Assembly (NCBI GenBank): GCA_964538435.1
Contig: CAZIDX010000001.1
Span: forward strand, 139,304-203,303
Length of the DNA: 64,000 nucleotides
Direction of reading: 5' to 3'
DNA from: an uncultured Gammaproteobacteria bacterium
GTDB taxonomy: Bacteria > Patescibacteriota > Patescibacteriia > UBA9934 > GWF2-40-263
Both the position numbers and the translations under genes were made by a program. The notes beneath the pieces were generated by a model. That model saw only the letters and a program-made list of their open reading frames with translations. It was not told the origin of the DNA and did no database searches. This document shows positions 19,449 through 29,182 of this stretch, one piece after another. Position 1 is the stretch's first letter. Each line of letters starts with the position of its first letter.

Positions 19449-19961
19449 TTACACAAGCCAGATCATAACAATCCTCCAGCTCTCAGGCATCATAAACTGA
19501 AGCACACTCACAGCACCAATCAAATACTCAGCAACAGCAGAAGACTCAAGCCAAGTGAGCAATGTGTCCTCAGGCAAGATTTGCATAGCATAGTACGCCA
19601 CCACACCAACAACAATCACCCCTTCAATAAATCCAAACAAACCACCAAGTAAACGATTTGCAGACTTCGCAAACGGTATATGCTTCACAAACCCGAAGAT
19701 CTTTCCGAGCAGCCAAAACACAAGACCAACAAGCCTTGTGATGAGCAAAAACAAGAGGATAAACAAAATCACTTTCCCAATCCCGCTGTCCATTCCGATA
19801 AAAGCAAACAACTCTGAAACAGGATCAATGAGCCGAGTCGCAAAGATCGTTCCCACGAATGTTCCAACCAAAGATCCGATTGTGTGAATAAACCCAAACC
19901 AGAATCCAAAGAGCACAAACGCTCCAACAAAGACTCCAAGCACCATGTCTATAAAAGCCAT
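19449..19961 (-). CDS. cvpA: CvpA-family membrane protein
   Basis: 170-aa, 4-TM protein with the CvpA-like hydrophobic pattern. Confidence 0.5.
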   Translation of the reverse strand: MAFIDMVLGVFVGAFVLFGFWFGFIHTIGSLVGTFVGTIFATRLIDPVSELFAFIGMDSGIGKVILFILLFLLITRLVGLVFWLLGKIFGFVKHIPFAKSANRLLGGLFGFIEGVIVVGVVAYYAMQILPEDTLLTWLESSAVAEYLIGAVSVLQFMMPESWRIVMIWLV

Positions 19962-19965
19962 ATAA

Positions 19966-21396
19966 TTAGTCTCTACGAGGGAACAAAGCCTCCCCTTTCT
20001 CTACAACTTTACCATAGCGCTGCAAAATCTCTTCTGCTGCCTGTGGAATAATCGGAAGCAATGCATGCCCCACAAACCTAATCTGATCTGCCACCTCTGA
20101 CAGCACCTGCTTAGCGGCTTCCTCATCAGTTTTTACGAGCTTAAACGGCGCCTTCTTATCGATTGTCTCGTTTGCGTCTGAGACAACCTCAAACACCTTG
20201 TCGATGTATCTCTTAAAATCAAACTGCTTCATGAGTACATCAAGCTCCGCTTCTTTCTCACTCCAATCAACCTCAACTGCATTGAGCTCTCCCTCAAAAT
20301 ACTTATTCGACATTGCAGCAACGCGAGACACAAGATTTCCAAGCTGATTCGCAAGCTCAGCATACCGCAGCTCCATACGCTCACGAGAGTAGTCCCCATC
20401 CTCACACGGCGGAATCTCACGAAGCAGATAATATCTGAGCGCATCTGTTCCAAACTCTTCCACCTCCTCAAAAGGATCAACAACATTCCCAAGACTTTTA
20501 CTCATCTTCTGGCCATCTGCATTGATAAAGCCATGAATAAATATCTGCTTTGATGGCTCAATACCAGCCGACATAAGCATGGCCTGCCACATAGCAGATT
20601 GCTGCCTAAGATTATCTTTCCCCGCCACCTGAACACCAGGCCAAGCATCAGCAAACTGGCCGCTCTCATTTGGCCACCCAAGCGTTGAAATATAGTTGAT
20701 GAGCGCATCAAACCACACATACATCACATGGTCTTCGTCCCCAGGCACAGGAATACCCCAGGGCATCTTTTCCTTCAGACGAGAAATACTGAAGTCCTCA
20801 AGCCCTGACTCAACAAAGTTTGAAATCTCTTTTAAACGGTTTGCAGGCACAACAAAATCTGTTCGCTCCTTGTACAAATCAAGAAGCTTGTCCTGATAGT
20901 TTGACCATTTGAAAAAATAATTCTCCTCGTCCCGAAGTTCAAGCTCAAGATTTGGATGCACAGGACAAGCATTGTCCTCCAGCTCAGAATCCGTCTTAGC
21001 AAGCTCACACCCAACGCAGTACTTCACCTGATAGCGATCCTTGTAAATGTCACCGTTGTCGTGACAGCGCTTCCAAAATTCCTGCGCAGCTTTTTTATGC
21101 TCAGAATCACTCGTCCGAGCAAAATTTGTGTAACTCAAATTCAGCAAACTTTTAAGCTCATCAAACTTGGCCGCAAACTCATCCACATACGCTTGCGTAT
21201 CCTTACCCTCAAGCTTGGCCTTTTCAAAAATCTTCTGCCCATGCTCGTCTGTTCCAGTATTGAAGATCACCTCCTGCCCCTTTGATCTATAGTATCGAGC
21301 AACAGCATCCGCCTGAATAATCTCAAGCGCAAACCCAATATGAGGCTTTGCGTTTACGTATGGCAATGTTGTTGTGATGTAGAAGTTTTTGCTCAT
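19966..21396 (-). CDS. metG: Methionyl-tRNA synthetase (short form, no C-terminal dimerisation domain)
   Basis: PYVNAKPHIGFA (HIGH-type motif), KMSKSLGN (KMSKS), and a Cys-knuckle CVGCE...CPVH. Confidence 0.9.
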   Translation of the reverse strand: MSKNFYITTTLPYVNAKPHIGFALEIIQADAVARYYRSKGQEVIFNTGTDEHGQKIFEKAKLEGKDTQAYVDEFAAKFDELKSLLNLSYTNFARTSDSEHKKAAQEFWKRCHDNGDIYKDRYQVKYCVGCELAKTDSELEDNACPVHPNLELELRDEENYFFKWSNYQDKLLDLYKERTDFVVPANRLKEISNFVESGLEDFSISRLKEKMPWGIPVPGDEDHVMYVWFDALINYISTLGWPNESGQFADAWPGVQVAGKDNLRQQSAMWQAMLMSAGIEPSKQIFIHGFINADGQKMSKSLGNVVDPFEEVEEFGTDALRYYLLREIPPCEDGDYSRERMELRYAELANQLGNLVSRVAAMSNKYFEGELNAVEVDWSEKEAELDVLMKQFDFKRYIDKVFEVVSDANETIDKKAPFKLVKTDEEAAKQVLSEVADQIRFVGHALLPIIPQAAEEILQRYGKVVEKGEALFPRRD

Positions 21397-22067
21397 AGAG
21401 CTCTGATTACAATTACGAATTCGCCTTTAATACTAGTCGATTCGAGTTTTTCTGTCACCTCAGCGGCATTTCCTCGATAAATCGTTTCATACATCTTTGT
21501 CAGCTCCCGACCGACCATAACCGGCCTCTCAGGCATCCTCTGCCCAATCTCATCAAGCGCCTTCATGATCCGATGCGTACTCTCATAAAAAACAATCGTC
21601 TTCTTCTCCTCAACCAGCTTATCAAAGAACGTCATGCGACCTTTCTTGTGTGGAGGAAAACCGAGAAACACAAAATTGTCTGCAGGAAACCCTGACGCCG
21701 TCAGAGCAGCGATTGCAGCAGACGCGCCAGGAATCGGAACCACCACAAGCTCTGGGAACATCTTCAAAAGCTCCTCAACCAACTTCCCACCAGGATCTGA
21801 AATGCAAGGTGACCCAGCATCAGTAACCAAAGCCAAGTTTTTTCCAGCCTCAATCAGCCCAGCAATCTTTTTCACTTTTGCACCACCCGAGTGTTGATGA
21901 TAGGACATGGTCTTCGTGCCAATCTCATAGGCCTTAAGCAGCTTCCCCGTGACTCTTGTGTCCTCACAAAGAATGAGATCAGCAGAAGCGAGCGTGGTTT
22001 TTGCCCGCTCGCTCATGTCCTCCAAATTTCCAATGGGTGTTGCAACAACCTGCAACGTTCCTAACAT
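21393..22067 (-). CDS. rsmI: 16S rRNA (cytidine1402-2'-O)-methyltransferase RsmI (tetrapyrrole-methylase fold)
   Basis: LQVVATPIGNLEDMSERAKTTLASADLILCEDTR is the typical RsmI N-terminus. It overlaps the metG start by 4 nt. Confidence 0.8.
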   Translation of the reverse strand: MLGTLQVVATPIGNLEDMSERAKTTLASADLILCEDTRVTGKLLKAYEIGTKTMSYHQHSGGAKVKKIAGLIEAGKNLALVTDAGSPCISDPGGKLVEELLKMFPELVVVPIPGASAAIAALTASGFPADNFVFLGFPPHKKGRMTFFDKLVEEKKTIVFYESTHRIMKALDEIGQRMPERPVMVGRELTKMYETIYRGNAAEVTEKLESTSIKGEFVIVIRAL

Positions 22068-22069
22068 AA

Positions 22070-22816
22070 TTATTTGTTCGTCATCTTTTCAAACGCACGC
22101 AAGATCTCCAGCGGTACGGCAAACACAACCGTGTTTGATTGATCAGATGAAAGATCGTTTAGGGTGCTCAGTGTCCGAAGATGAAGCGCGCCTGGAGCAG
22201 CTGAAAGCATGTTCGCAGCATCAGAGAGATTCTTTGAAGCCTCAACCTCTCCCATGGCCTTAATCACAACCGCACGTCGCTCACGCTCTGCCTCAGCCTG
22301 CTTAGCCATTGTGCGCTTCATCTCCTCTGGAAGCGTAATGTCTTTAAGCTCAACGTTGTCAACTTGAATTCCCCACGGATCTGTGAGTGTGTCCACGATC
22401 TCCTTAATCTTATCCGATGCCTGCTGTCTCTGAGTTAAAAGTTGATCCAGATCCATCTCACCAACAACGTTACGCATGGTTGTCTGTGCCAGCTGACTCA
22501 CAGCATGTCGATAATGCTCAACCTCAATCACTGCCCGCGCAGCATCTTTTACCTTGTAATAAATCACTGCGTTAATCCGTGCAGAAATATTATCTTTCGT
22601 AATCGCCTCCTGATCAGGAACATCAACCGCCTTCACACGAATATCAACTTTTCGCATGCTCTGAAACGGCCAGAACACAAGCTTTAGCCCTGGATTGTAC
22701 GTACTCGTGTACTTACCAAGCAAAAACACAACACCGCGCTGATACTCATACACAACACGAATGGTCGTAATCAAGTAGATAATTATAACCGGGACCAAAA
22801 ATCCAAGTAATTCCAT
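22070..22816 (-). CDS. SPFH/band-7 (stomatin/HflK-like) membrane protein
   Basis: N-terminal TM helix followed by an SPFH domain. The start was moved to the ATG at 22816 because the upstream part of the ORF-track ORF is a translation of repeat copy 3. Confidence 0.7.
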   Translation of the reverse strand: MELLGFLVPVIIIYLITTIRVVYEYQRGVVFLLGKYTSTYNPGLKLVFWPFQSMRKVDIRVKAVDVPDQEAITKDNISARINAVIYYKVKDAARAVIEVEHYRHAVSQLAQTTMRNVVGEMDLDQLLTQRQQASDKIKEIVDTLTDPWGIQVDNVELKDITLPEEMKRTMAKQAEAERERRAVVIKAMGEVEASKNLSDAANMLSAAPGALHLRTLSTLNDLSSDQSNTVVFAVPLEILRAFEKMTNK

Positions 22817-22860
22817 ATTTCTATTTTTAAACGTTTGGACACCAGATCGTCCGAGCTGCT

Positions 22861-22934
22861 GTGCAAGCATTACACAAGGTGGTGGTCGTCTATCCTGCGA
22901 GACGGCCCGGCTCCGCCGTGTGGAATGATTGCAC
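22861..22934 (+). repeat. Hairpin-embedded conserved element, copy 3 (core 22877..22917)
   Basis: Core identical to copy 2. Flanked by the imperfect inverted repeat gtgcaagcatt...aatgattgcac. Confidence 0.7.
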
Positions 22935-22973
22935 AGTAGCTCGGACTCAACAAAGAACCCAAACAAGATACAA

Positions 22974-24107
22974 TTAATAAATTTCAGTTTCCGGATAGCT
23001 GGCTGCCCAACTGAACCAGAACGAACCTTTGAGTGTAACTGGCGCAAGCTTAATTCCTCGATAATCCCCACTCACAGCCTCTCCTTGAAAGTTCCAAAGC
23101 GAGCTCGTTGCAGAGTCTTTGAGAAAATCTTCGGTCTTTTCAAACTCCAACGTCTTTCCATCTACCACACGTGAAAAAGCACGCACGCTCTCAATCTCAT
23201 CATCCCATACAACAAGCAGATCTCCATCATGAATCACACCCGACTCTTGAATCATGCGCTCAGAATAAGCCTTGGCTCCATGTTCTCCATCATACCCGAA
23301 AACGAACTCCTTGGCATGCATACGTCCATCCTCGTTTGAAAGCGTGAACCACACATCGGCCGATTCATAATATCCATCAGAACCATACGGATCCTGCGTA
23401 TAATCCCGATCAAATCCAGTATCACGTGAAAGCACCTGCCCACCAGGATATGAACCCTTAAACGCATCCCAACTCATGATCAAAAACGGATGCACCGCTA
23501 GCTCTGCCCCTGTCTTCTCACCAACAACCGCTTCCCCCAAAGCCTGGCTCCAATACGATTCACTAGCGCGATCATACATAAGCAAGTTGCTATTCCAAAC
23601 CTTTCCTGACACACCAAACTCCAGCGCCTCCCCATCAACCTCTCGCTCATACACAATTCCGGTGTAACAGAGCGGACAAAACGTCACAAGCAAATCTTCT
23701 CCAACGAATGTGTCATTCACAATCTCATGCCACACCAAAATCTGGAACGGATAAAACCGAGCGAGTCCTCCCACCTCAACCACAATCCCCTCCCCATTAT
23801 CATCTAAATACAAATCAGCTGAGTACACACCTTCAAAACTCGGATCATCGATCGATGGAATCCCATCAACACGCGGATTCCCAACCTGAATCTCATCCAA
23901 GTTGATTGAATGTCGGACCCCGTCAGTCTCCCGCTCAGCGCGCGGATCAATCTCCACAACCTGACCATTCTCATCAAGCACAACCTCTTCAGGAACCGGC
24001 GATCGATAATACTGATGCTGGAAATACCAAATCCCACCCATGATCACCAAGGCCAGCAAGAGGACGCTATATGTGGCTGGTCTGCTCATATTCGCAACGA
24101 ATTTCAA
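22974..24107 (-). CDS. DUF3179-like membrane-anchored protein
   Basis: N-terminal TM helix. Conserved pattern ...FYPFQILVWHEIVND...LVTFCPLCYTG...SGKVWNSNLLMYDR... resembles DUF3179. Confidence 0.45.
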   Translation of the reverse strand: MKFVANMSRPATYSVLLLALVIMGGIWYFQHQYYRSPVPEEVVLDENGQVVEIDPRAERETDGVRHSINLDEIQVGNPRVDGIPSIDDPSFEGVYSADLYLDDNGEGIVVEVGGLARFYPFQILVWHEIVNDTFVGEDLLVTFCPLCYTGIVYEREVDGEALEFGVSGKVWNSNLLMYDRASESYWSQALGEAVVGEKTGAELAVHPFLIMSWDAFKGSYPGGQVLSRDTGFDRDYTQDPYGSDGYYESADVWFTLSNEDGRMHAKEFVFGYDGEHGAKAYSERMIQESGVIHDGDLLVVWDDEIESVRAFSRVVDGKTLEFEKTEDFLKDSATSSLWNFQGEAVSGDYRGIKLAPVTLKGSFWFSWAASYPETEIY

Positions 24108-24197
24108 GAAAAATCGATATACTTATACACTTGACTCTAGTTCTAACTGAACTATCATGCAAGCATTGATTTACTTATTATCACTAATAGAAAAACT

Positions 24198-24758
24198 ATG
24201 GAAGCATGCTGCCAAAACATGTGCGAAATGCAACACCCTGCACGCGTAGGAAAACCAGCCCCAAACTTTGATGTAGAAACAGCCGTTGCTGGAGGAGAAT
24301 TCAGCCGAGCAAAGCTCGATGACTACAAAGGAAAGTGGCTCGTTCTCTTCTTTTACCCACTTGACTTCACATTCGTCTGCCCAACTGAGATCACAGGATT
24401 CTCAAAGCGCTACGACGAGTTCCAGGCACTAAACGCAGAAGTACTCGGCGGATCAACAGACTCCGTGCACTCACACAAAGCCTGGCTCAAAGACCTCGGT
24501 GATCTCAAGTTCCCTCTCTTTGCAGACATGAACCATGACATGAGCTGGGACTACAACGTACTCATCGAAAACGAAGGAATCTCAACACGAGGAACATTCA
24601 TCATCGATCCAGAAGGAGTCCTCCGCTACGCCCTCTACCACGACCTAGGCGTAGGCCGAAGCGTAGACGAAACCCTCCGCGTTCTTAAAGCCCTACAAAC
24701 CGGCGAGCTCTGCCCAGTCGGATGGACCGAAGGAGACGACACACTCGGAAAGGCGTAA
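24198..24758 (+). CDS. 2-Cys peroxiredoxin (AhpC/TSA family)
   Basis: FTFVCPTEI peroxidatic-Cys motif and a C-terminal GELCPVGW resolving Cys. The start may be the ATG at 24228. Confidence 0.85.
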   Translation: MEACCQNMCEMQHPARVGKPAPNFDVETAVAGGEFSRAKLDDYKGKWLVLFFYPLDFTFVCPTEITGFSKRYDEFQALNAEVLGGSTDSVHSHKAWLKDLGDLKFPLFADMNHDMSWDYNVLIENEGISTRGTFIIDPEGVLRYALYHDLGVGRSVDETLRVLKALQTGELCPVGWTEGDDTLGKA

Positions 24759-24869
24759 ACAACTCAATGCCCATAAAAACCGCCCAACGGCGGTTTTTTG
24801 CTTGCTTTCAATAATCGTGTAAGCTACATCTTGTATGGACGATGGTGTTCAGAAAAGAAAGACCTCGCA

Positions 24870-25040
24870 ATGACCACCTCAGAAATCACAAGGACTGAGA
24901 CAAGACTTTGCCTCACATCACTAGTACTGGCCGCAACCGCCGGTCTGTCAATCACAAACGAGACAACAGCCTGGATCTGTCCAATCGCACTCTTCTTCAT
25001 GGTGCTGATTGTCTTCTGCATCGCGCTGATGCCCTCATGA
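24870..25040 (+). CDS. Possible small hydrophobic peptide (57 aa)
   Basis: MTTSEITRTETRLCLTSLVLAATAGLSITNETTAWICPIALFFMVLIVFCIALMPS. No SD, and followed by the hairpin gacgaccttcccctgggaggtcgtTTTCGATTTC. Weak call. Confidence 0.25.
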   Translation: MTTSEITRTETRLCLTSLVLAATAGLSITNETTAWICPIALFFMVLIVFCIALMPS

Positions 25041-25147
25041 GCTTACGCACAGCTCAGCACGAGACGACCTTCCCCTGGGAGGTCGTTTTCGATTTCTAGA
25101 CCATTTCATATACACGTCGATCGTCACATATATGAAAAGACTTGCTC

Positions 25148-25176
25148 TTGACACAACTGCTTTTCCAACATATTCT
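25148..25176 (+). promoter_or_regulatory. Near-consensus promoter for the MNRK micro-ORF pair
   Basis: TTGACA (25148-25153), 17-nt spacer, TATTCT (25171-25176). Confidence 0.5.
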
Positions 25177-25214
25177 CCCTTTCCTGACTCATGACGAGTC
25201 AAAGGAGGAAGCGA

Positions 25215-25325
25215 ATGAATCGCAAGGGTATGACCCAGGTCCAAGCACTGGCCCTGGTGGGTGGACTGTTCGGAATCGCCATGATGATCGCCTGCGCAAG
25301 CTGGATGATCTCCACAGCGATCTAG
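25215..25325 (+). CDS. Micro-ORF 1: 36-aa hydrophobic peptide MNRKGMTQVQALALVGGLFGIAMMIACASWMISTAI
   Basis: AGGAGG RBS 6 nt upstream. Single TM-like segment with small-xxx-small motifs. Confidence 0.45.
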   Translation: MNRKGMTQVQALALVGGLFGIAMMIACASWMISTAI

Positions 25326-25339
25326 ACCAAGGAGTAACC

Positions 25340-25375
25340 ATGAATCGCAAAGCCTTCACCCACCTGGACGACTAG
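25340..25375 (+). CDS. Micro-ORF 2: 11-aa peptide MNRKAFTHLDD
   Basis: AAGGAG RBS 5 nt upstream. Shares the MNRK N-terminus with micro-ORF 1. The terminator gacgacctctcggggtcgtTTTCTAATTATTTTT follows at ~25385-25420. Confidence 0.35.
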   Translation: MNRKAFTHLDD

Positions 25376-25442
25376 ACAACACGAAAGACGACCTCTCGGG
25401 GTCGTTTTCTAATTATTTTTCAAGTGTTATCGTCAAGAACCC

Positions 25443-25471
25443 TTGACAATAACACCAAAAAAATGTATATT
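25443..25471 (+). promoter_or_regulatory. Near-consensus promoter for the pilin-like gene
   Basis: TTGACA (25443-25448), 17-nt spacer, TATATT (25466-25471). Confidence 0.5.
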
Positions 25472-25505
25472 CGTTCTCTTAGCTATCCTGCTAAGGGAAA
25501 GGAAA

Positions 25506-25934
25506 ATGAGGATGTTAGGAGAGCTGAGGTCACACCTCAGAAAGGTCAAGAGCGAGAGAAGGGGCTTCACCTTGATCGAACTCATGATCGTACTCGCAAT
25601 CGTCGGGATCATCCTGGCCATCGTCGTCGGACTCATCATCTTCTTCGTCATCGGTAAGAAGGCGCTGCCCGCGGCCAAGAGCCAAATGGTTACCGACATC
25701 AACGCGATCGAGTGGGTCGAGGACGAACTCGACTACACCAACGTGCGGCTCATCGAGAGCTACCGCACCAACCCCCAGGGCGACCTGGGATGCGAGCAGG
25801 TCGACGACGCCGGTTTCAAGCTGATCGGCACAGACACGGACAACATCGAACACACCATCGAAATCTGCTGCCTGGGTTCGCCAGGAAGCAAGCCTCGATG
25901 CAACCTGGTCAACAGATCCGCAGAAGGGACCTAG
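25506..25934 (+). CDS. Type IV pilin / pseudopilin-like protein (class III signal peptide)
   Basis: ...RRGFTLIELMIVLAIVGIILAIVV..., i.e. the prepilin-peptidase GFTLIE cleavage/methylation motif followed by a hydrophobic helix. Confidence 0.7.
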   Translation: MRMLGELRSHLRKVKSERRGFTLIELMIVLAIVGIILAIVVGLIIFFVIGKKALPAAKSQMVTDINAIEWVEDELDYTNVRLIESYRTNPQGDLGCEQVDDAGFKLIGTDTDNIEHTIEICCLGSPGSKPRCNLVNRSAEGT

Positions 25935-25937
25935 ACT

Positions 25938-26399
25938 ATGTTCGGACTCATCCTCGCTGTCATCGGATTCATGTTCCTGGCTATCACCGGACACCCGCCC
26001 GAGGCCATGATCACCACGAGCACCCTGCTCTTCTGGTGGTACGTGGTGTGGCAGTGCGTCGGCGCCGTCTTCCTGGTGATCGGGATCATCACGATCCTCA
26101 CCACGGGATCTGTCGGAGGTTTCGCAACCGGAGCAACACTCGGACGACTCGGCGGAGCCATTCTCGGTGGCTTGATCGGCTCACTGGGAGGATTCGGACT
26201 CGCCGCGCTGTGCGTCTTCAGCTTCGCACTGAAGACCGTCCTACTGTGCGGCGGCTCCTGGCTCGTCATGCACAGCGGCTCCCCATCCATGGAGAGCCTG
26301 AGCGAGTTCAACTCGCTGTACCTGTACGGAGGAATCGCAATGGTCGCCATCGGCGCCATTTTCTTCTCCGGACGCTCGAGCTCCTCGAGCGACGACTAG
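25938..26399 (+). CDS. Glycine-zipper-rich integral membrane protein (153 aa)
   Basis: Repeated GxxxG motifs (GGFATGATLGRLGGAILGGLIGSLGGFGLAAL) and a Ser-rich C-terminus. The ATG lies 4 nt after the pilin stop. Confidence 0.5.
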   Translation: MFGLILAVIGFMFLAITGHPPEAMITTSTLLFWWYVVWQCVGAVFLVIGIITILTTGSVGGFATGATLGRLGGAILGGLIGSLGGFGLAALCVFSFALKTVLLCGGSWLVMHSGSPSMESLSEFNSLYLYGGIAMVAIGAIFFSGRSSSSSDD

Positions 26400-26569
26400 C
26401 GCCCGGAGGCGCGTGGCTGAACGTTGTATTTATTGAAAAACGGATTCCTCTGGAGTGTGTTTCTAAATAGGCAACCGAGTCACAATGACGGAATCGAAAG
26501 ACGACCCCCTTGGGTCGTCTCTTTCAATTTTGGTGAATTTATTTCGTAGGTACGAACAAAATTCACCAA

Positions 26570-26806
26570 CTACAATTCAAGTAATTCCTCAAGCTTTGCC
26601 TTATCAAACCCCACCACAAGCTCTTCACCAACCTCAATCACCGGCACCCCCATCTGACCAGACTTGTGAATCATCTCCTGGGCTTTTTCTTGATCTGTGC
26701 TCACATCAACATCCGCAAACTCAACATTCTTTTCATTTAGAAACTCCTTCACCTGAATGCAAAACGGGCAGGTTGGAGTTGAATAGACAGTAACAGTCAT
26801 AAGCAT
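26570..26806 (-). CDS. Glutaredoxin/NrdH-like small redoxin
   Basis: CPFC active site in a 78-aa thioredoxin-fold protein. Confidence 0.75.
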   Translation of the reverse strand: MLMTVTVYSTPTCPFCIQVKEFLNEKNVEFADVDVSTDQEKAQEMIHKSGQMGVPVIEVGEELVVGFDKAKLEELLEL

Positions 26807-26808
26807 GG

Positions 26809-28314
26809 TTAAACGTTTTTAAGAAGTTCAATGAGCATGCGAACTCCGTGTCCGGTTGCTCCTTTCTTAGTATACGAGTTATAAGCACGATCTGCGAACC
26901 CTGGCCCAGCAATATCAATATGAGCCCACGGCGTCTTCTCAACAAAATTACTCAAGAAGAGCCCTGCCGTTATCGCACCTCCCCAACCATTTCCAAGATT
27001 CTTTACATCTGCGATCTCAGACTTAATCAGCGCTGCATAATTCTTCTCAAGCGGAAGAGGCCACATTTTTTCACCGGATGTCTTTGCGCTTCCCAAGATT
27101 TTCTCTGACAACTTCTCATCATCGCTCATAACCGCAGAAATTTCCTCACCAAGAGCCACAACACAAGCACCCGTAAGCGTAGCAAGGTCAACAATGAAAT
27201 CCGGCTTCAGCTTCTCAGCGTACACAAGCATATCTGCGAGCGTAAGGCGCCCCTCAGCATCAGTATTTAACACCTCAACCGTTTTCTTATTCATCATGCG
27301 CAAGACATCATCTGGACGAATCGCGCTCCCTGAAGGCATATTTTCAACTGGGGCAAAAATACCATGCACTTCACACTTTGGTGCAACCTGATCAATCACA
27401 CGAAACAATCCAAGCACAGCAGCACTCCCAGCCATATCAGCCTTCATGCTTGTCATTGACTTTGATGGCTTGAGTGACAACCCACCAGAGTCAAACGTAA
27501 CAGCCTTCCCAACCAAACAAACCTTTTTCTTTGTTACAACCTTTGGTTTGTAAATCATGTGAACAAGATAAACCGGCTTCTCAGAACCCTGCCCCACACC
27601 AAGAATCCCTCCGGCTCCCATGCGCTCAAGACGTTCCTTATCAAAGACCTTGATCTTAATCTCTCCCTTTCCCTTTGCAATCTTCCGTGCCTCTTCCACA
27701 AGCTTATCAGGACACATATCTCGCCCAGGCGTGTTCACAAGGTCACGAGCAAGCATGGTCCCAACCGCCCCAATACGCCCGTCTTCGATTCCTCGATCGA
27801 TCGCGCGCACCAAGCGTCCATCTTCTGTCACAAGTGTCACGCTCGCAGGTGCCTTGCCTTTCGCTTTCTTGTACTCAACAAATTCATAATTCGCTAGCAT
27901 GAACCCCTCACAAATCGCTTGCGCACAATCATGCGCAGCAATCTCTTGATCAAGGCCGATGAGATCCATTGCAACCGTTTTCACTTTCAAGCTCTTAATC
28001 GCATTCAGCACGCTCCCAGCTGCTGCCCGGACCGTCTCTGCGCTCAATTCCTTTCTCTTTCCAAGCCCAACAACAAGAACGCGCGTTGCAGGAATCTGTG
28101 CAAACGCTCGTGACAAATAAATCGCTCCAAGCTTTGCCTTGAACTGATCCTGTTTCATATGCTTTGCAAGCCAGCCATCTACGCCAAGATTCACTTGCTC
28201 AAAAACACCCTTAGGCTCTTTCTCTCCCTCAAACGCACCAACCACAAGCACATCACATTTTTGTTCAAGAACGGCACCCTTTTGTACATTGATTTCCATA
28301 GTTTCAAAAAACAC
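26809..28314 (-). CDS. pepA: Leucyl aminopeptidase, M17 family
   Basis: NTDAEGRL signature, VGKAVTFDSGG and other M17 catalytic-domain motifs. 501 aa. Confidence 0.9.
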   Translation of the reverse strand: MFFETMEINVQKGAVLEQKCDVLVVGAFEGEKEPKGVFEQVNLGVDGWLAKHMKQDQFKAKLGAIYLSRAFAQIPATRVLVVGLGKRKELSAETVRAAAGSVLNAIKSLKVKTVAMDLIGLDQEIAAHDCAQAICEGFMLANYEFVEYKKAKGKAPASVTLVTEDGRLVRAIDRGIEDGRIGAVGTMLARDLVNTPGRDMCPDKLVEEARKIAKGKGEIKIKVFDKERLERMGAGGILGVGQGSEKPVYLVHMIYKPKVVTKKKVCLVGKAVTFDSGGLSLKPSKSMTSMKADMAGSAAVLGLFRVIDQVAPKCEVHGIFAPVENMPSGSAIRPDDVLRMMNKKTVEVLNTDAEGRLTLADMLVYAEKLKPDFIVDLATLTGACVVALGEEISAVMSDDEKLSEKILGSAKTSGEKMWPLPLEKNYAALIKSEIADVKNLGNGWGGAITAGLFLSNFVEKTPWAHIDIAGPGFADRAYNSYTKKGATGHGVRMLIELLKNV

Positions 28315-28354
28315 GACTTAACGCCGTGTACTGTATCGAGAATCTTCTTCAAGA

Positions 28355-28720
28355 TCAACCAACCCTAAACTCATAAATGATTGGCAGTGTCATAAACAAG
28401 AAAATAATGATTGACATCACAAAAAACCAAAACACACGCAATCGCCAATGAGAGCAATCCCGCCCTCGCCAAAAGAGCCAAGCCACAAGAAAGATCCCAA
28501 AAAATGACAAAAACGTCTTAGTATACATCCCAGAAATCGGCCCAATCTCCTCTGAGAGTAAAAACCACTCCCAAGCCATCTCACTGCGATGCACAACCAA
28601 ATTCACAATCCAAGCAATATGCATGGTTACACTAGCCGCAAACACAGCTGCAATGGCAACTGATTCATGTACCCGAGATTTAAATAATCCAAACATATTA
28701 AACAAGGCTTTCAAAAGCAA
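28355..28720 (-). CDS. Small integral membrane protein
   Basis: 121 aa with three or four hydrophobic helices. Overlaps the next ORF. Confidence 0.4.
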   Translation of the reverse strand: MLLKALFNMFGLFKSRVHESVAIAAVFAASVTMHIAWIVNLVVHRSEMAWEWFLLSEEIGPISGMYTKTFLSFFGIFLVAWLFWRGRDCSHWRLRVFWFFVMSIIIFLFMTLPIIYEFRVG

Positions 28721-29165
28721 TCATGAGCATGCATGCAAAACTCACAGCAATCGACACACTCACAACAGATCGATAACTACGCGCATGCTTCTCAACAATG
28801 TGATCTCGATACACAACAAGAACAATCAAAGACATGATCGTAAGCAGCACTGGCAGCTGGAACAAGAGCCAACGATGTGTAGCAAGAAGCTCTGAAAGTT
28901 CTGCAAATTCACCAAAGGTATAAGCTGGTCCAGCAGCGCCTGTAAACTCAATCGCCAGAATCCCAATCATCACAAACAAGATAAGCAAAAGCACAGCTTC
29001 AAGCCCACGCACAACATGTGTGCGTTTGCTCATGAGTGTACTGAGCGTAAAAGCTGATCCAAATAGAATCAGCGCAGCCCCAAACAGAATTGAGTTTGCA
29101 TCAATGATTTGCAAAAGTTCCATGCTCTCCATACGCACATATTGTAACCGAAATCGAGCCTGCAT
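28698..29165 (-). CDS. Integral membrane protein
   Basis: 155 aa, multi-TM. Confidence 0.4.
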   Translation of the reverse strand: MQARFRLQYVRMESMELLQIIDANSILFGAALILFGSAFTLSTLMSKRTHVVRGLEAVLLLILFVMIGILAIEFTGAAGPAYTFGEFAELSELLATHRWLLFQLPVLLTIMSLIVLVVYRDHIVEKHARSYRSVVSVSIAVSFACMLMIAFESLV

Positions 29166-29182
29166 GCTATACTAAGCATCGT

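Noticed and set aside
25142-25375. 77-aa ORF overlapping the promoter and both MNRK micro-ORFs
   Set aside because: It begins inside the predicted -35/-10 region and lacks an RBS. The two micro-ORFs with strong RBSs explain the region better.
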